Origin: an uncultured Actinomycetes bacterium | GTDB lineage: Bacteria; Actinomycetota; Actinomycetes; Mycobacteriales; SCTD01 | Assembly: GCA_963784675.1 (NCBI GenBank) | Contig: CAWASE010000013.1 | Coordinates: 226,660 to 290,659 of the forward strand | Direction: 5' to 3' | Length of the DNA: 64,000 nt | Notes under the pieces: model-generated | What the model was told of the DNA's origin: nothing | Databases searched by the model: none | What the model saw: only the letters and a program-made list of their open reading frames with translations | Translations under genes and position numbers: made by a program | In this document: positions 10,618 through 20,729 of the stretch, in pieces | Position numbering within the stretch: the stretch's first letter is position 1 | Layout of the letters: the number at the start of each line of letters is the position of its first letter

Positions 10618-11195
10618 ACCGCCAGGCTGCGCAGCGCCATCTGCTCGAGGAGGTCCCGCGTGGTCGCCTCGTCGCGACCCGGGGCGCTGTGCGGGGTGGA
10701 GTTGAGCAGGCCGAACACGGCTTGCGCCTTCGTCCGGGCGACCGGGTCGGTGAGACTGGGGTCGAGCCGCCGGAGCACCCCCACCCAGACCTGCACGTAC
10801 GCGCGTTGCAGCCGACGGACGCGTCGCTCCTCGGGGGCCGACAGGCTGGTCAGGTCGCGGTCCTGGACCCGGATCAGCTCCGGCTCCCCGATGGCGAAGG
10901 CCGCATGGAACCGGACCAGGCGCTGGAGCGCGTCGGTATCGTCCGCGGCGCCCTCGACCTCGGCGGCTCCCCCGTCCAGCAGCCGCTGACTGATCGTCAC
11001 GAGCACGTCGGCGAGCAGGGCCTCCTTGCTGGCGAAGTGGCGGTAGAGCGCCGGTCCGCTCATGCCGACCGCGCTGCCGAGGTCGTCGATGGAGACGCCG
11101 TGGAAGCCCCGGTCGGCGAACAGCCGGGCGGCAGCCGTCAAGAGCTGCCGACGACGCTGCGCCTTCTGCTGCTCCCGGATCCGTGGCTGTGCCAT
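10614..11195 (-). CDS. TetR/AcrR family transcriptional regulator
   Basis: N-terminal HTH RRRQLLTAAARLFADRGFHGVSIDDLGSAVGMSGPALYRHFASKEALL. It is divergent from the carboxylase operon. Confidence 0.85.
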   Translation of the reverse strand: MAQPRIREQQKAQRRRQLLTAAARLFADRGFHGVSIDDLGSAVGMSGPALYRHFASKEALLADVLVTISQRLLDGGAAEVEGAADDTDALQRLVRFHAAFAIGEPELIRVQDRDLTSLSAPEERRVRRLQRAYVQVWVGVLRRLDPSLTDPVARTKAQAVFGLLNSTPHSAPGRDEATTRDLLEQMALRSLAV

Positions 11196-11237
11196 GGCCC
11201 TCCCTGGACGTCCGGGCCGGTTGTCGATACCCTGCGA

Positions 11238-11257
11238 CAGTTAGCGAACACTAACTG
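11238..11257. promoter_or_regulatory. candidate TetR operator (7-bp inverted repeat CAGTTAG-N6-CTAACTG)
   Basis: A perfect inverted repeat in an AT-enriched stretch of the 93-nt divergent intergenic region between the TetR gene and the carboxyltransferase gene. Confidence 0.45.
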
Positions 11258-11288
11258 ACTTTCAGGACGACGTCGAGGAGCCCCACGC

Positions 11289-12884
11289 ATGCGCGTGCTC
11301 ACGAGTGCGATCGATCCGCGCAGCGACGCAGCGGTCGCCGCGGAGGCCGTGCAACAGAGCCTGGTCGACGACCTGCAGCAGCGGTTGGCCACGACCGCCC
11401 TCGGTGGGTCCGCCTCCTCCCGCGAGCGCCATCTCGCTCGAGGAAAGCTGTTGCCCCGCGAACGCGTCGACACCCTGCTCGATCCCGGCAGCCCCTTCCT
11501 GGAGCTCTCGCCGCTGGCTGCGAACGGGCTCTACGACGACGAGGCACCGGGCGCGGGGGTGATCACCGGCATCGGGCGGATCTCGGGGCGCGAGTGCGTG
11601 GTGGTCGCCAACGACGCCACGGTCAAAGGCGGCACCTACTACCCGCTGACGGTCAAGAAGCACCTGCGCGCGCAGGAGGTGGCGCTGCACAACCGGCTGC
11701 CGTGCGTGTACCTCGTCGACTCGGGCGGTGCGTTCCTGCCGCGCCAGGACGAGGTGTTTCCCGACCGCGAGCACTTCGGCCGCATCTTCTTCAACCAGGC
11801 CACGATGTCCGCGCAGGGCATCCCGCAGATCGCCGCGGTGCTCGGCTCCTGCACCGCAGGCGGGGCCTACGTCCCGGCGATGTCGGACGAGGCCGTCATC
11901 GTGCGGGACCAGGGCACCATCTTCCTGGCCGGTCCGCCGCTGGTGAAGGCCGCGACCGGCGAGGTCGTCACCGCTGAGGACCTGGGCGGCGGACTGCTGC
12001 ACTCGCGCACCAGCGGCGTCACCGACCACCTCGCCGACGACGACACGCACGCGCTCGAGCTGGTCCGGTCGATCGTCGCGGGGCTGGGGCCGCGGACGCC
12101 CCGACCCTGGGAGGTGCAGGCGTCGGAGGCTCCGTCCGTCGACCCGTCGACGCTGTACGGAGTGCTCCCGGCCGACAGCCGGACGCCGTACGACGTCCGT
12201 GAGGTCATCGCGCGGATCGTGGACGGCAGCCGATTCCAGGAGTTCAAGGCCGAGTACGGACCGACGCTGGTCACCGGCTTCGCGCACGTGCACGGCCACC
12301 CCGTCGGCATCATCGCCAACAACGGCGTGCTCTTCGGCGAGAGCGCTCTGAAGGGGGCGCACTTCATCGAGCTGTGCGACCAGCGCGCGGTGCCGCTGGT
12401 CTTCCTGCAGAACATCACGGGCTTCATGGTGGGCCGGGAGTACGAGGCGGCGGGTATCGCCAAGCACGGGGCCAAGATGGTGAACGCGGTCGCCACCGCG
12501 CGCGTACCCAAGCTCACCGTCGTGGTCGGCGGATCGTTCGGCGCGGGCAACTACTCGATGTGCGGGCGGGCCTACTCCCCGCGCTTCCTGTGGATGTGGC
12601 CCGGGGCCCGGATCTCGGTGATGGGCGGCGAGCAGGCGGCGTCGGTGCTGGCGACCGTCCGCCGCGACCAGCAGCCGGACTGGCCGGCCGAGGACGAGGA
12701 AGCCTTCAAGCAGCCGATCCGGCAGCAGTACGAGGACCAGGGCAATCCCTACTACTCCACCGCGCGGTTGTGGGACGACGGGGTCATCGACCCCAAGGAC
12801 ACCCGGACCGTGCTCGGTCTCGCGCTGGCCGCCTGTGCGAACGCCCCGCTGGCCCCGGCCGGCTACGGCATCTTCCGGATGTGA
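11289..12884 (+). CDS. accD1: methylcrotonyl-CoA carboxylase carboxyltransferase (beta) subunit
   Basis: [27 protein letters not shown]...[15 protein letters not shown]...[16 protein letters not shown]...NITGFMVG. Cluster synteny with Mtb accD1-accA1-fadE19. Confidence 0.85.
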   Translation: MRVLTSAIDPRSDAAVAAEAVQQSLVDDLQQRLATTALGGSASSRERHLARGKLLPRERVDTLLDPGSPFLELSPLAANGLYDDEAPGAGVITGIGRISGRECVVVANDATVKGGTYYPLTVKKHLRAQEVALHNRLPCVYLVDSGGAFLPRQDEVFPDREHFGRIFFNQATMSAQGIPQIAAVLGSCTAGGAYVPAMSDEAVIVRDQGTIFLAGPPLVKAATGEVVTAEDLGGGLLHSRTSGVTDHLADDDTHALELVRSIVAGLGPRTPRPWEVQASEAPSVDPSTLYGVLPADSRTPYDVREVIARIVDGSRFQEFKAEYGPTLVTGFAHVHGHPVGIIANNGVLFGESALKGAHFIELCDQRAVPLVFLQNITGFMVGREYEAAGIAKHGAKMVNAVATARVPKLTVVVGGSFGAGNYSMCGRAYSPRFLWMWPGARISVMGGEQAASVLATVRRDQQPDWPAEDEEAFKQPIRQQYEDQGNPYYSTARLWDDGVIDPKDTRTVLGLALAACANAPLAPAGYGIFRM

Positions 12885-12916
12885 TGACGGTGTCTGAGAG
12901 CGTGACGAGGAGCCCG

Positions 12917-14941
12917 ATGTTCCGCACCGTGCTGGTGGCCAACCGCGGCGAGATCGCGGTCAGGGTCATCCGTACCCTGCGCCGCCTGGGCGTGCGGTCG
13001 GTGGCCGTCTACAGCGATGCCGATGCCGGCGCCCGGCACGTGCGCGACGCCGACGTCGCCGTGCGGCTGGGCCCGGCCCCTGCCCGCGAGAGCTACCTGT
13101 CGATCGAGCGCGTGCTCGACGCCGCCCGTAGCACCGGGGCCGAGGCGATCCACCCGGGCTACGGCTTCCTGGCCGAGAACGCCGCCTTCGCCCGGGCGTG
13201 CGCCGAGGCGGGCGTCGTGCTGGTCGGCCCGGCTGCCGCCGCGATGGAGACGATGGGTGACAAGATCCGCGCCAAGATCGCCGTCGCGGCTGCCGGGGTT
13301 CCAGTGGTCCCCGGACGCGCCGAGCTGGGCATGACCGACGCCGACCTCGTCGACTCCGCGGCCGAGATCGGCTTCCCCGTGCTGGTGAAGCCCTCGGCAG
13401 GCGGCGGCGGCAAGGGCATGCACGTCGTCCGGTCGGTGGCCGACCTGGCCGAGGCTCTGCGGACGGCGCGACGGGAGGCCGCGGCGTCCTTCGGCGACGA
13501 CACCCTGTTCCTCGAGCGTTACGTCGACCGTCCGCGGCACATCGAGGTCCAGGTGCTGGCCGACGCGCACGGCACGACGCTGCACCTGGGGGAGCGTGAG
13601 TGCAGCCTGCAGCGACGACACCAGAAGATCGTCGAAGAGGCCCCGTCGCCCTTGCTCACCCCGGAGCAGCGCGAGCGCTACGGCGCGCTCGCGGTCGCCA
13701 CCGCGCGGGCCGTCGACTACACCGGCGCCGGCACGGTCGAGTTCATCGTCGCCGCGGAGCGTCCCGACGAGCCCTTCTTCATGGAGATGAACACCCGACT
13801 GCAGGTCGAGCACCCGGTCACCGAGCTCGTCACCGGGCTCGACCTCGTCGAGCTGCAGCTGCGCGTCGCCGCCGGCGAGCCCCTCGGCCTGGTGCAGTCC
13901 GACGTGGCGCTGACCGGTCACGCCGTCGAGGCGCGGATCTACGCGGAGGACCCGGCGCGCGGCTTCCTGCCCACCGGCGGTCGCGCCCTGGTCCTGCGCG
14001 AACCGGTCGTCGAGGGCGTGCGCGTCGACAGCGGGTTGCTGGAGGGGGCCGACGTCGGCACCACCTATGACCCCATGCTCAGCAAGGTCGTCGCCTGGGG
14101 CGCGGACCGCCCCGAAGCCTTGGCCCGGCTGGACGCCGCCCTGGCCGCGAACGTCGTGCTCGGCGTCGGCACCAACACCGGCTTCCTGCGTGCGCTGCTC
14201 CGGGCACCTGACGTTGCCGCCGGTCGGCTCGATACCGGTCTGGTCGAGCGCGAGGGCGCCGCGCTCGCTGTCGCCGAGCTGCCGGAGGCGGTGCTGGCGG
14301 CGTACGCGCTGATCGGTCTCCACGGCCTCTGGCCGTCGACCCCCGGGGAGGTGTGGGACCTCCCTACCGGATGGCGCGTCGGCGCTCCACGACCACTGCG
14401 CTCGGAGGTCGCCGGCCCCGACGGCGAACGTCTGCGGCTCGAGGTCACCGGTCCACCGCAGGCCGCGCTCGTGCGCGTGGGCGACCGCACCCTGCGGGGC
14501 AGCGTCGTCGCCGCCGCGGACGGCGTCCTCGTCACGGTCGACGACGTGTCGCGGACGGTGCTGTCGGCCGTGGACGGGAGCACGACGTGGTTGGCCATGG
14601 ACGGCGCGACCTGGGCGGTGCACGCCCTGCCGGCCCTGCGTCGCGGCCGTGCCGACGGCGTCGCCGAGGCGGACGTGCGCAGCCCGATGCCCGGCGCGGT
14701 CATCGCGCTGCGCGCCGCCGCCGGCGACACCGTGGCAGCCGGTGACCCGCTGCTGGTCGTGGAGGCGATGAAGATGGAGCACGTGCTGACCGCCCCCAGC
14801 GGCGGTGTGCTCGACCTGCTCGTGCGCGAAGGCGACCAGGTGGTCGTCGACCAGGTCGTGGCGCGGGTCGTCGCCGACACCCGCAGCCCTGACGTCCAGC
14901 CCTACCCGGAACCCGACCCGGCCCGACCCCAGGAGGCCTGA
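12917..14941 (+). CDS. accA1: biotin carboxylase / biotin carboxyl carrier (alpha) subunit of acyl-CoA carboxylase
   Basis: [23 protein letters not shown]-grasp GGGGKGM, and C-terminal biotinylation motif [11 protein letters not shown]. The ATG at 12917 has GAGGAG 4 nt upstream. Alternative starts at 12881 and 12884 overlap the upstream stop. Confidence 0.85.
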   Translation: MFRTVLVANRGEIAVRVIRTLRRLGVRSVAVYSDADAGARHVRDADVAVRLGPAPARESYLSIERVLDAARSTGAEAIHPGYGFLAENAAFARACAEAGVVLVGPAAAAMETMGDKIRAKIAVAAAGVPVVPGRAELGMTDADLVDSAAEIGFPVLVKPSAGGGGKGMHVVRSVADLAEALRTARREAAASFGDDTLFLERYVDRPRHIEVQVLADAHGTTLHLGERECSLQRRHQKIVEEAPSPLLTPEQRERYGALAVATARAVDYTGAGTVEFIVAAERPDEPFFMEMNTRLQVEHPVTELVTGLDLVELQLRVAAGEPLGLVQSDVALTGHAVEARIYAEDPARGFLPTGGRALVLREPVVEGVRVDSGLLEGADVGTTYDPMLSKVVAWGADRPEALARLDAALAANVVLGVGTNTGFLRALLRAPDVAAGRLDTGLVEREGAALAVAELPEAVLAAYALIGLHGLWPSTPGEVWDLPTGWRVGAPRPLRSEVAGPDGERLRLEVTGPPQAALVRVGDRTLRGSVVAAADGVLVTVDDVSRTVLSAVDGSTTWLAMDGATWAVHALPALRRGRADGVAEADVRSPMPGAVIALRAAAGDTVAAGDPLLVVEAMKMEHVLTAPSGGVLDLLVREGDQVVVDQVVARVVADTRSPDVQPYPEPDPARPQEA

Positions 14942-14943
14942 CC

Positions 14944-16095
14944 ATGCTCGACACCCGTCTGACCGAGGAGCAGCGGCAGCTGCGCAAGACCGTCGAGGAC
15001 TTCGCGCGGACCGTGGTCGCACCGGTCGCGGCCCATCACGACGAGACCAAGACGTTCCCGTACGACGTCGTGCGCGGCATGGCCGACATGGGGCTGTTCG
15101 GCCTGCCGTTCCCGGAAGAGCACGGCGGCATGGGGGGCGACTACTTCGCGCTGTGCCTGGTGCTGGAGGAGCTCGCTCGCGTCGACCAGAGCGTCGCCAT
15201 CACGCTCGAGGCCGCGGTCTCGCTGGGCGCCATGCCTGTCTACCGGTTCGGCACCGACGCGCAGAAGCAGCAGTGGCTGCCGTCGCTGTGCGCGGGCCAG
15301 GCGCTGGGGGCGTTCGGCCTCACCGAGCCCGGTGCCGGCAGCGACGCCGGCGGCACCCGCACGACGGCCCGGCTGGAGGACGGCCAGTGGGTCATCAACG
15401 GCAGCAAGGCCTTCATCACCAACAGCGGGACCGACCTCACCACGCTGGTCACCGTCACCGCGGTCACGGGGACGACGGCGGCAGGAAAGAAGGAGATCTC
15501 GTCCTTCCTGGTCCCGGTGCCGACCGACGGCTTCACGGTCGAGCCGGCCTACAGCAAGGTCGGCTGGCACGCCTCGGACACCCACCCGCTGACCTTCGAG
15601 GACGTGCGGGTCCCGGAGCAGAACCTGCTCGGGGAGCGCGGTCGTGGCTACGCCAACTTCCTGCACATCTTGGACGAGGGCCGCATCGCCATCAGTGCGC
15701 TGGCCGTCGGCGCTGCCCAGGGCTGCGTCGACGAGAGCGTGAAGTACGCGCACGAGCGCGAAGCCTTCGGCCGCAGCATCGGCAAGAACCAGGCCATCGC
15801 GTTCAAGATCGCCCGGATGGAGGCGCGGACGCACACGGCGCGCACGGCGTACTACGACGCGGCCGCGCGCATGCTCTCCGGACGCCCGTTCAAGAAGCAG
15901 GCCGCGATCGCCAAGATGGTCTCCGGCGAGGCCGCCATGGACAACGCCCGCGACGCCACCCAGATCCACGGTGGCTACGGCTTCATGAACGAGTACCCGG
16001 TGGCACGCCAGTACCGCGACTCCAAGATCCTGGAGATCGGCGAGGGAACGACCGAGGTGCAGCTCATGCTGATCGCCCGCGAGCTGGGATTGTGA
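14944..16095 (+). CDS. acyl-CoA dehydrogenase (isovaleryl-CoA dehydrogenase-like)
   Basis: GLTEPGAGSDAGG...GSKAFITNSG...IHGGYGFMNEYPVARQYRDSKILEIGEGTTEVQ. Confidence 0.85.
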   Translation: MLDTRLTEEQRQLRKTVEDFARTVVAPVAAHHDETKTFPYDVVRGMADMGLFGLPFPEEHGGMGGDYFALCLVLEELARVDQSVAITLEAAVSLGAMPVYRFGTDAQKQQWLPSLCAGQALGAFGLTEPGAGSDAGGTRTTARLEDGQWVINGSKAFITNSGTDLTTLVTVTAVTGTTAAGKKEISSFLVPVPTDGFTVEPAYSKVGWHASDTHPLTFEDVRVPEQNLLGERGRGYANFLHILDEGRIAISALAVGAAQGCVDESVKYAHEREAFGRSIGKNQAIAFKIARMEARTHTARTAYYDAAARMLSGRPFKKQAAIAKMVSGEAAMDNARDATQIHGGYGFMNEYPVARQYRDSKILEIGEGTTEVQLMLIARELGL

Positions 16096-16102
16096 GCGCG
16101 TG

Positions 16103-16846
16103 ATGGACAAGGTCGTGGCGAGCGCCGCCGAGGCCGTCGCCGACATCGCCTCCGGCTCCTCGCTCGCCGTCGGCGGCTTCGGGTTGTGCGGTATCCCCAG
16201 CGCGCTCCTCGCCGCCCTGATGGCGTCCGGGGTCGACGAGCTGGAGACCGTCAGCAACAACTGCGGCGTCGACCAGTGGGGGCTGGGCATGCTGCTGGCC
16301 GCCAAGCGGATCCGTCGCACGACAGGGTCCTACGTCGGGGAGAACAAGGAGTTCGAGCGCCAGTTCCTGGGCGGGGAGCTCGAAGTCGAGCTGACCCCGC
16401 AGGGCACCCTCGCCGAGCGCCTGCGGGCCGGCGGCGCAGGCATCCCCGCCTTCTACACCCCTGCCGGCGTCGGTACGCAGGTCGCGCAGGGGGGGCTGCC
16501 GTTGCGCTACGACGGCAGCGGCGGCGTGGCGCTGGCGAGCGAGCCGAAGGAGGTCCGCACCTTCGACGGCGTGCCGTACGTGCTGGAACGGGCGATCCGC
16601 ACCGACTTCGCCCTGGTGCACGCGCGGCTGGGCGACCGGCACGGAAACCTCGTCTACGAGAAGTCGGCGCAGAACTTCAACCCGCTCTGCGCCGCCGCCG
16701 GGCGCATCACCATCGCCGAGGTCGAGGAGCTGGTCGAGCCCGGCGAGATCGACCCGGGACAGGTCCACACCCCGGGCATCGTCGTCCAACGGGTCGTGCA
16801 CGCCCCGGGCACGGAGAAGCGGATCGAGAAGAGGACGGTGCGCTGA
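16103..16846 (+). CDS. scoA: CoA transferase subunit A (3-oxoacid/succinyl-CoA type)
   Basis: [19 protein letters not shown]...[50 protein letters not shown] at 16100 is an alternative start. Confidence 0.85.
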   Translation: MDKVVASAAEAVADIASGSSLAVGGFGLCGIPSALLAALMASGVDELETVSNNCGVDQWGLGMLLAAKRIRRTTGSYVGENKEFERQFLGGELEVELTPQGTLAERLRAGGAGIPAFYTPAGVGTQVAQGGLPLRYDGSGGVALASEPKEVRTFDGVPYVLERAIRTDFALVHARLGDRHGNLVYEKSAQNFNPLCAAAGRITIAEVEELVEPGEIDPGQVHTPGIVVQRVVHAPGTEKRIEKRTVR

Positions 16847-17481
16847 TGGCTCTCACCCGTGACCAGCTGGCTGCCCGCGTGGCCGCCGAGCTCACCGACG
16901 GTCAGTACGTGAACCTGGGCATCGGTCTGCCCACGCTGGTGCCCAACCACATCCCGGCCGGGATGACCGTCGTGCTGCAGAGCGAGAACGGCGTGCTCGG
17001 CGTCGGACCGTATCCGGCCGAGGCGGACGTCGATGCCGATCTCATCAACGCCGGCAAGGAGACCGTGACCGTGCTGCCGGGCGCGTCGTACTTCGACTCG
17101 GCGCTGTCGTTCTCGATGATCCGCGGCGGTCACGTCGATGTGGCCGTGCTCGGGGCGATGCAGGTCTCGGCGCGTGGCGACCTCGCCAACTGGATGATCC
17201 CCGGCAAGATGGTGAAGGGCATGGGTGGGGCGATGGATCTCGTGCACGGGGCCAAGCGCGTGATCGTCATGATGGAGCACGTCTCCCGCGACGGCAGCCC
17301 CAAGCTCGTCCGCGAGTGCACGCTGCCCCTCACCGGGGCCCGCTGCATCCAGCGGGTCATCACCGACCTCGCCGTGATCGACGTCGAGGAGTCAGGGTTC
17401 GTGCTGCGCGAGACGGCGCCGGGAGTCAGCGTCGACGACGTCCGGTCGGCCACCGAGCCTGAGCTGCGGGTGGCGCTGTGA
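16846..17481 (+). CDS. scoB: CoA transferase subunit B
   Basis: [12 protein letters not shown]...[12 protein letters not shown]...[19 protein letters not shown]. The ATG overlaps the scoA stop (TGATG). Confidence 0.85.
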   Translation: MALTRDQLAARVAAELTDGQYVNLGIGLPTLVPNHIPAGMTVVLQSENGVLGVGPYPAEADVDADLINAGKETVTVLPGASYFDSALSFSMIRGGHVDVAVLGAMQVSARGDLANWMIPGKMVKGMGGAMDLVHGAKRVIVMMEHVSRDGSPKLVRECTLPLTGARCIQRVITDLAVIDVEESGFVLRETAPGVSVDDVRSATEPELRVAL

Positions 17482-17969
17482 CGACCGCAGAGTCCTCGCC
17501 GCGTACGCCGGTCGAGCAGCGCGGGCTGTGGTTCGAAGAGCTGGACCTGGCCGCGCGCTACCTGCACCGTCCGGGCCGCACGGCGACCGAGGCCGACAAC
17601 GTGCTGTTCACGACGCTGACCATGAACACCCAGGCGCTGCACCTGGACGCCGCGTTCAGCGACGCGCAACCGTTCGGGTCGCGGCTGATGAACAGCATGT
17701 GGACCCTGTCGACGCTGGTCGGGCTGTCCGTCGCCCAGCTCACCCAGGGCACCATCGTCGCGAACCTCGGCTTCAGCGACATCCGCTTTCCCAAACCGGT
17801 CCTGCACGGGGACACGCTCTACGGCGAGACGGTGGTCCTGGACAAGCGCCTGTCGAGCAGCCGTCCCGGCGAAGGCATCGCGACCTTCGAGCACACCGGC
17901 CGCAACCAGCACGGCGACGTCGTGGCGCTCGCCGTCCGCAAGACGCTCGTCCGGGTGCGACCGGCATGA
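17478..17969 (+). CDS. MaoC-family (R)-hydratase, itaconyl/methylglutaconyl-CoA hydratase-like
   Basis: Hot-dog fold sequence: [20 protein letters not shown]...[23 protein letters not shown] overlap with scoB. Its position matches Mtb Rv2499c. Confidence 0.8.
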   Translation: MTTAESSPRTPVEQRGLWFEELDLAARYLHRPGRTATEADNVLFTTLTMNTQALHLDAAFSDAQPFGSRLMNSMWTLSTLVGLSVAQLTQGTIVANLGFSDIRFPKPVLHGDTLYGETVVLDKRLSSSRPGEGIATFEHTGRNQHGDVVALAVRKTLVRVRPA

Positions 17970-18775
17970 CGTGGCCGCCCGGTCCGGCGCTGCTGTTCTG
18001 CCCTGCCGACCGACCGGAGCGGTTCGCCAAGGCGGCTGCGGCGGCCGACGTCGTGCTGCTCGACCTCGAGGACGGGGTCGCCGCGGCAGACAAGCCGGCT
18101 GCGCGAGAGGCGCTGCGCGAGACGCTCCTGGATCCTGAGCGGACGGTGGTCCGGGTGAACCCGGCAGGTACCGAGGACCAGGCTCTCGACCTCCAGGCGC
18201 TGTCCGCCACCCCCTACCGCCTCGTCATGCTCGCGAAGGCTGAGTCGGCCGCTCAGGTGAGCGCGCTCGCTCCGCGCCAGGTCGTGGTCCTGTGCGAGAC
18301 CCCGGCGGGCGTGATCGCGGCGGAGGCGCTGGCTGCGGTCGAGAACACGCTCGCGCTGATGTGGGGCGCCGAGGACCTCGTCGCGGCGCTCGGCGGTCGC
18401 AGCAGCCGCTTCGCCGACGGGACCTATCGCGACGTCGCCCGGCAGGCGCGCGCCAGGACCCTGCTGGCAGCCGGTGCGTCCGGGAGGGTGGCGATCGACG
18501 CGGTCCACCTGGACATCGCCGATCTTGACGGCCTGGCCGGCGAGGCCGACGACGCGGCTGCCTCGGGCTTCGCGGCGACCGCGTGCATCCACCCGAGCCA
18601 GGTGGCGGTGGTCCGCGCGGCCTACCGGCCCTCGGAGCAGGACGTCGCCTGGGCGACCCGGGTGCTCGCCGCCGTCGCCGAGAACCGCGGGGTCTTCGCC
18701 TTCGAGGGGCAGATGGTCGACGCGCCGGTGCTGCGGCACGCCGAGCACGTCCTGGCCAGGGCAGCAACGCCCTGA
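17966..18775 (+). CDS. citE: HpcH/HpaI aldolase-citrate lyase beta family acyl-CoA lyase (CitE-like)
   Basis: LLFCPADRPERFAKA...VVLLDLEDGVA...MLAKAES...LMWGAEDL...CIHPSQV. ATGA overlap with the MaoC gene. It is the counterpart of Mtb Rv2498c by context. Confidence 0.8.
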   Translation: MTWPPGPALLFCPADRPERFAKAAAAADVVLLDLEDGVAAADKPAAREALRETLLDPERTVVRVNPAGTEDQALDLQALSATPYRLVMLAKAESAAQVSALAPRQVVVLCETPAGVIAAEALAAVENTLALMWGAEDLVAALGGRSSRFADGTYRDVARQARARTLLAAGASGRVAIDAVHLDIADLDGLAGEADDAAASGFAATACIHPSQVAVVRAAYRPSEQDVAWATRVLAAVAENRGVFAFEGQMVDAPVLRHAEHVLARAATP

Positions 18776-18800
18776 CCGCGACGTGCGCGACGATGGAGGG

Positions 18801-20060
18801 GTGACCACTGCGAGGACCCTGGTGAACGCTCTGGACGTGGAGCAGGCTGCGGAGCGCCTGGCCGGGGTCACGCAGCCGACCCCGCTGCAGCGCAACGAGC
18901 GCCTCTCGGCCCGGGTCGGCAGCGACGTCTGGCTCAAGCGCGAAGACCTGCAGGTCGTCCGCTCCTACAAGGTGCGCGGGGCCTACAACCTCATCGCCCA
19001 GCTCTCGTCGCACGAGACCGCCGCCGGGGTCGTGTGCGCGAGCGCCGGCAACCACGGGCAAGGGGTGGCCTACGCGTGCAGCGCGCTGCGGGTACGGGGT
19101 CGGGTCTATCTGCCGCGCACGACGCCGCGGCAGAAGCGCGACCGGATCGCCTGGCTGGGAGGCGAGTTCGTCGAGGTGCTCGTCACCGGTGATACCTACG
19201 ACGACGCCGCTGCGGCTGCCCTGGCGGACGTCGCCGGGTCCGGGGCCACGCTGGTACCGGCCTTCGACGACCCGCGCACCGTCGCGGGGCAGGGCACGCT
19301 GGTGCGCGAGGTGTTCGCCCAGCTCGGGAGGGCGCCGGATCTGCTGGTCGTCCCGGTCGGAGGCGGTGGACTGCTCGCCGGCACGCTGGTCTGGCTCGCC
19401 GCCCATGCTCCGCAGACACGCATCGTCGGGGTCGAGCCGACGGGGGCAGCGTCCATGGCCGCAGCGGTGGCGGCCGGTGAGCCGGTCGTGCTCGACAGCA
19501 TCGACTCCTTCGTCGACGGCGCTGCGGTGCGTCGGGTGGGGGACACGACGTTCGCGATCGTGCAGCAGGCTGCTCCCCGGCTGGTGACCGTCGCCGAAGG
19601 CCGCATCTGCACCGAGATGCTCAGCCTCTATCAGGCCGACGGCATCATCGCCGAGCCGGCCGGCGCGTTGGCCGCGGCGGCGCTGGGCGACGTCGTGCAC
19701 CCCGAGCCGGGCACGACGACCGTCTGCGTGCTCTCCGGTGGCAACAACGACGTGAGCCGGTACGCCGAGATCGTCGAGCGGGCCCTCATCCACGAGGGAC
19801 GCAAGCACTACTTCCTGGTCGACTTCCCGCAGGAGCCGGGCGCGCTGCGGCGCTTCCTGGACGAGGTGCTCGGCGAGGACGACGACATCACGCTGTTCGA
19901 GTACGTGAAGCGCTCCAACCGCGAGACCGGACCAGCGCTGGTCGGCATCGAGCTGGGCCGACCGGAGGACCTGCCGGCGCTGCTGCAGCGCATGGACGAC
20001 TCGCCGCCGACCATCCAGCCGGTCGACCCGGACAGCCCGCTGTTCCGGTTCCTGCAGTAG
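18801..20060 (+). CDS. ilvA: threonine ammonia-lyase (biosynthetic type with C-terminal regulatory domain)
   Basis: PLP site LKREDLQVVRSYKVRGA, SAGNHGQGVA and GGGGLLAG. The C-terminal regulatory region reads HYFLVDFPQEPGALRRFLDEVLG...LFEYVKRSN. The start is uncertain between GTG 18801 and GTG 18783. Confidence 0.85.
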   Translation: MTTARTLVNALDVEQAAERLAGVTQPTPLQRNERLSARVGSDVWLKREDLQVVRSYKVRGAYNLIAQLSSHETAAGVVCASAGNHGQGVAYACSALRVRGRVYLPRTTPRQKRDRIAWLGGEFVEVLVTGDTYDDAAAAALADVAGSGATLVPAFDDPRTVAGQGTLVREVFAQLGRAPDLLVVPVGGGGLLAGTLVWLAAHAPQTRIVGVEPTGAASMAAAVAAGEPVVLDSIDSFVDGAAVRRVGDTTFAIVQQAAPRLVTVAEGRICTEMLSLYQADGIIAEPAGALAAAALGDVVHPEPGTTTVCVLSGGNNDVSRYAEIVERALIHEGRKHYFLVDFPQEPGALRRFLDEVLGEDDDITLFEYVKRSNRETGPALVGIELGRPEDLPALLQRMDDSPPTIQPVDPDSPLFRFLQ

Positions 20061-20064
20061 CGAC

Positions 20065-20670
20065 TCACGGTGCGGCCCGCAGCCCGTGCAGCGTCAACCG
20101 CACCAGCGTGTCGCCGATCTGCTCCGCGGTGTCTTCGCCGTCTGGCCGGTACCACTCGATCAGTCCGTTCACGGCGCCGAAGATCAGCCGGGTGACCAGC
20201 CGAGGATCGGTGTCGGCCGCCAGCGAGCCCTCCACGACGGCGAGCGCCACCAGCTCGGCGACCCGTCGGTCCAGCTCGCGGCGCCGGGCGAGCGCCCACC
20301 GTTCCGCCTCGGTGTTGCCCCGGACCCGGAGCAGCAGGGTCACGTAGGGAAGCTCTTCGGCCAGCACCTGCACGCTCCGTCGCAGGACGTGCTCCACCCG
20401 CTGGACCGCTGGTCCGCGTCGGGCTGCGGGCTCGTCGAGGACGGCGAACAGCGCCTCCAGCCCGCGCGCGACGCCGCGCCGCAGCAGCTCCTGCTTCCCG
20501 GACGCGTGCTGGTAGAGCGAGGACTTCGTGAGCCCCACGGCGCGGGCCAGATCGGCCATCGACGTCGCGTCGTAGCCACGGGTGTTGAACTCGGTGACGA
20601 CCAGCAGGAGCAGCGCTTCCGGAGCGTGCCTCGGCGGGCGGCCGACCGGTCGTGCGTTGACACCCGCCAT
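20065..20670 (-). CDS. TetR family regulator, PaaR-like by context
   Basis: HTH region FNTRGYDATSMADLARAVGLTKSSLYQHASGKQELL. It is divergent from paaA. ATG 20670 is preferred over the longest ORF (20730). Confidence 0.75.
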   Translation of the reverse strand: MAGVNARPVGRPPRHAPEALLLLVVTEFNTRGYDATSMADLARAVGLTKSSLYQHASGKQELLRRGVARGLEALFAVLDEPAARRGPAVQRVEHVLRRSVQVLAEELPYVTLLLRVRGNTEAERWALARRRELDRRVAELVALAVVEGSLAADTDPRLVTRLIFGAVNGLIEWYRPDGEDTAEQIGDTLVRLTLHGLRAAP

Positions 20671-20684
20671 GGTCTGGGAGAGTA

Positions 20685-20702
20685 TCCGAACGATCGGTCG
20701 GA
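20685..20702. promoter_or_regulatory. candidate PaaR operator (imperfect palindrome TCCGAACGATCGGTCGGA)
   Basis: It lies in the 59-nt paaR-paaA intergenic region. The core TCCGAACGATCGGT fits the ACCG-N2-CG-N2-CGGT pattern reported for corynebacterial PaaR sites, as I recall it. Confidence 0.5.
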
Positions 20703-20729
20703 TATGTGTGAACGACGGAAGGACCGGCA

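Noticed and set aside
17475-17483. Isolated copies of the PhoP heptamer: GCTGTGACG at the scoB/MaoC junction, GCTGTGA at 44388-44394, and TCACAGT at 27655.
   Set aside because: These are single, unphased copies inside coding sequence. A heptamer of this composition should occur by chance a few times in 64 kb. Only the phased intergenic clusters are treated as meaningful.
18225-19808. Long antisense ORFs. Examples: 18225-19808, 8099-9814, 12863-15022, 14902-16320, 29854-32157, 34440-36110, 52795-55416, 57855-58748 and 58355-59671.
   Set aside because: These are typical high-GC shadow ORFs opposite well-supported genes. They have Arg/Pro/Gly/Ala-dominated composition, lack family motifs and have the wrong GC3 pattern.
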